From the NCBI RefSeq assembly GCF_035084215.1, contig NC_090357.1, positions 9,920,001 through 9,984,000 of the forward strand: 64,000 nucleotides of DNA. The letters are read 5' to 3'. Numbering within the stretch: the first letter of the stretch is position 1; every line of letters begins with the position of its first letter. Shown one piece after another: positions 63,391 to 64,000 of the stretch. The DNA is from Heptranchias perlo. Its lineage: Eukaryota. The position numbers and the translations under genes are program-made. Under the pieces are notes generated by a model that searched no databases, had not been told where the DNA came from, and saw nothing but the letters and a program-made list of their open reading frames with translations.

Positions 63391-64000
63391 CCTCATCCAA
63401 AGTATTCATGCAACCTTAGAGCCCTCTGTGTGCTTATCATGCATGGGCACACTGCAGCAGGGTACAAATACAGGCTGTAGCTTAGAAGTGAAACGGTTTT
63501 CACATTGAAATCTGAAAATGGATTCTCACAGCAGCCAAACTGCATGATGCCTTTACTGATACACATGCACTCGTGTGTCACAGTATGTGATTTTTAAGCT
63601 TGTGATATCTCAAGGCTACTTCTTGGCTTGCAACAAAAGACAGCACGTAACAAAATGGGACAGACCCGAACTGGAGGGGGGGCCCAGACATTGCAAGCCC
63701 TTGACTGCCTTTGAAGAAGCCATTGGGTAAGAGAACATCAAGGGAGTTGGAGGGTTAACTCGAGGACTAGGACTAATACCATTCTGCTCTTATCGCGTTT
63801 TGCCCCACTACACATTCACACACGTATACATTCAGCACAAAAACATCTCACACGCTATTTTGCAGTGCATGAACTGATTGTAGGTATCTATTTGAGCAAG
63901 TATTATAATATATATTCCTCTTCTGTTTCTGTAGGCCTGGATTAGCAGCCTATCAGCACTGACAATGTCTGAAGCAAGCTAGTACCTCCTAACATTCTGC

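Noticed and set aside
63915-64000. Strong splice acceptor at the window end
   Set aside because: All three frames hit stops within about 50 nt. It cannot be evaluated further at the window edge.

Overview
Vertebrate nuclear DNA, very probably cartilaginous fish (shark-like repeat families), from an intergenic region or a very large intron. I recognise no intact host protein-coding gene, and there is no rRNA, true tRNA or CRISPR array. The ORFs in the supplied track are transposon remnants, their antisense shadows, or noise. The window is a layered transposable-element graveyard: two CR1-clade LINE families, L2 LINEs, several tRNA-derived SINE families (DeuSINE/SacSINE1-like, AmnSINE2-like, a probable MetaSINE, one with an RTE-like tail), many PIF/Harbinger relics and MITEs, a Gypsy RT relic, a decayed hAT transposase, and Penelope-like ends carrying minimal hammerhead ribozyme motifs. 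The main hidden structure is a heavily decayed, apparently intron-split P-element/THAP9-like transposase. Its motifs occur in the correct order on the + strand at about 51.1-61.1 kb, possibly from 47.5 kb, and no ORF in the track shows it. All family names come from motif recognition by eye, not database searches. Repeat boundaries are approximate unless TIRs or TSDs are given.
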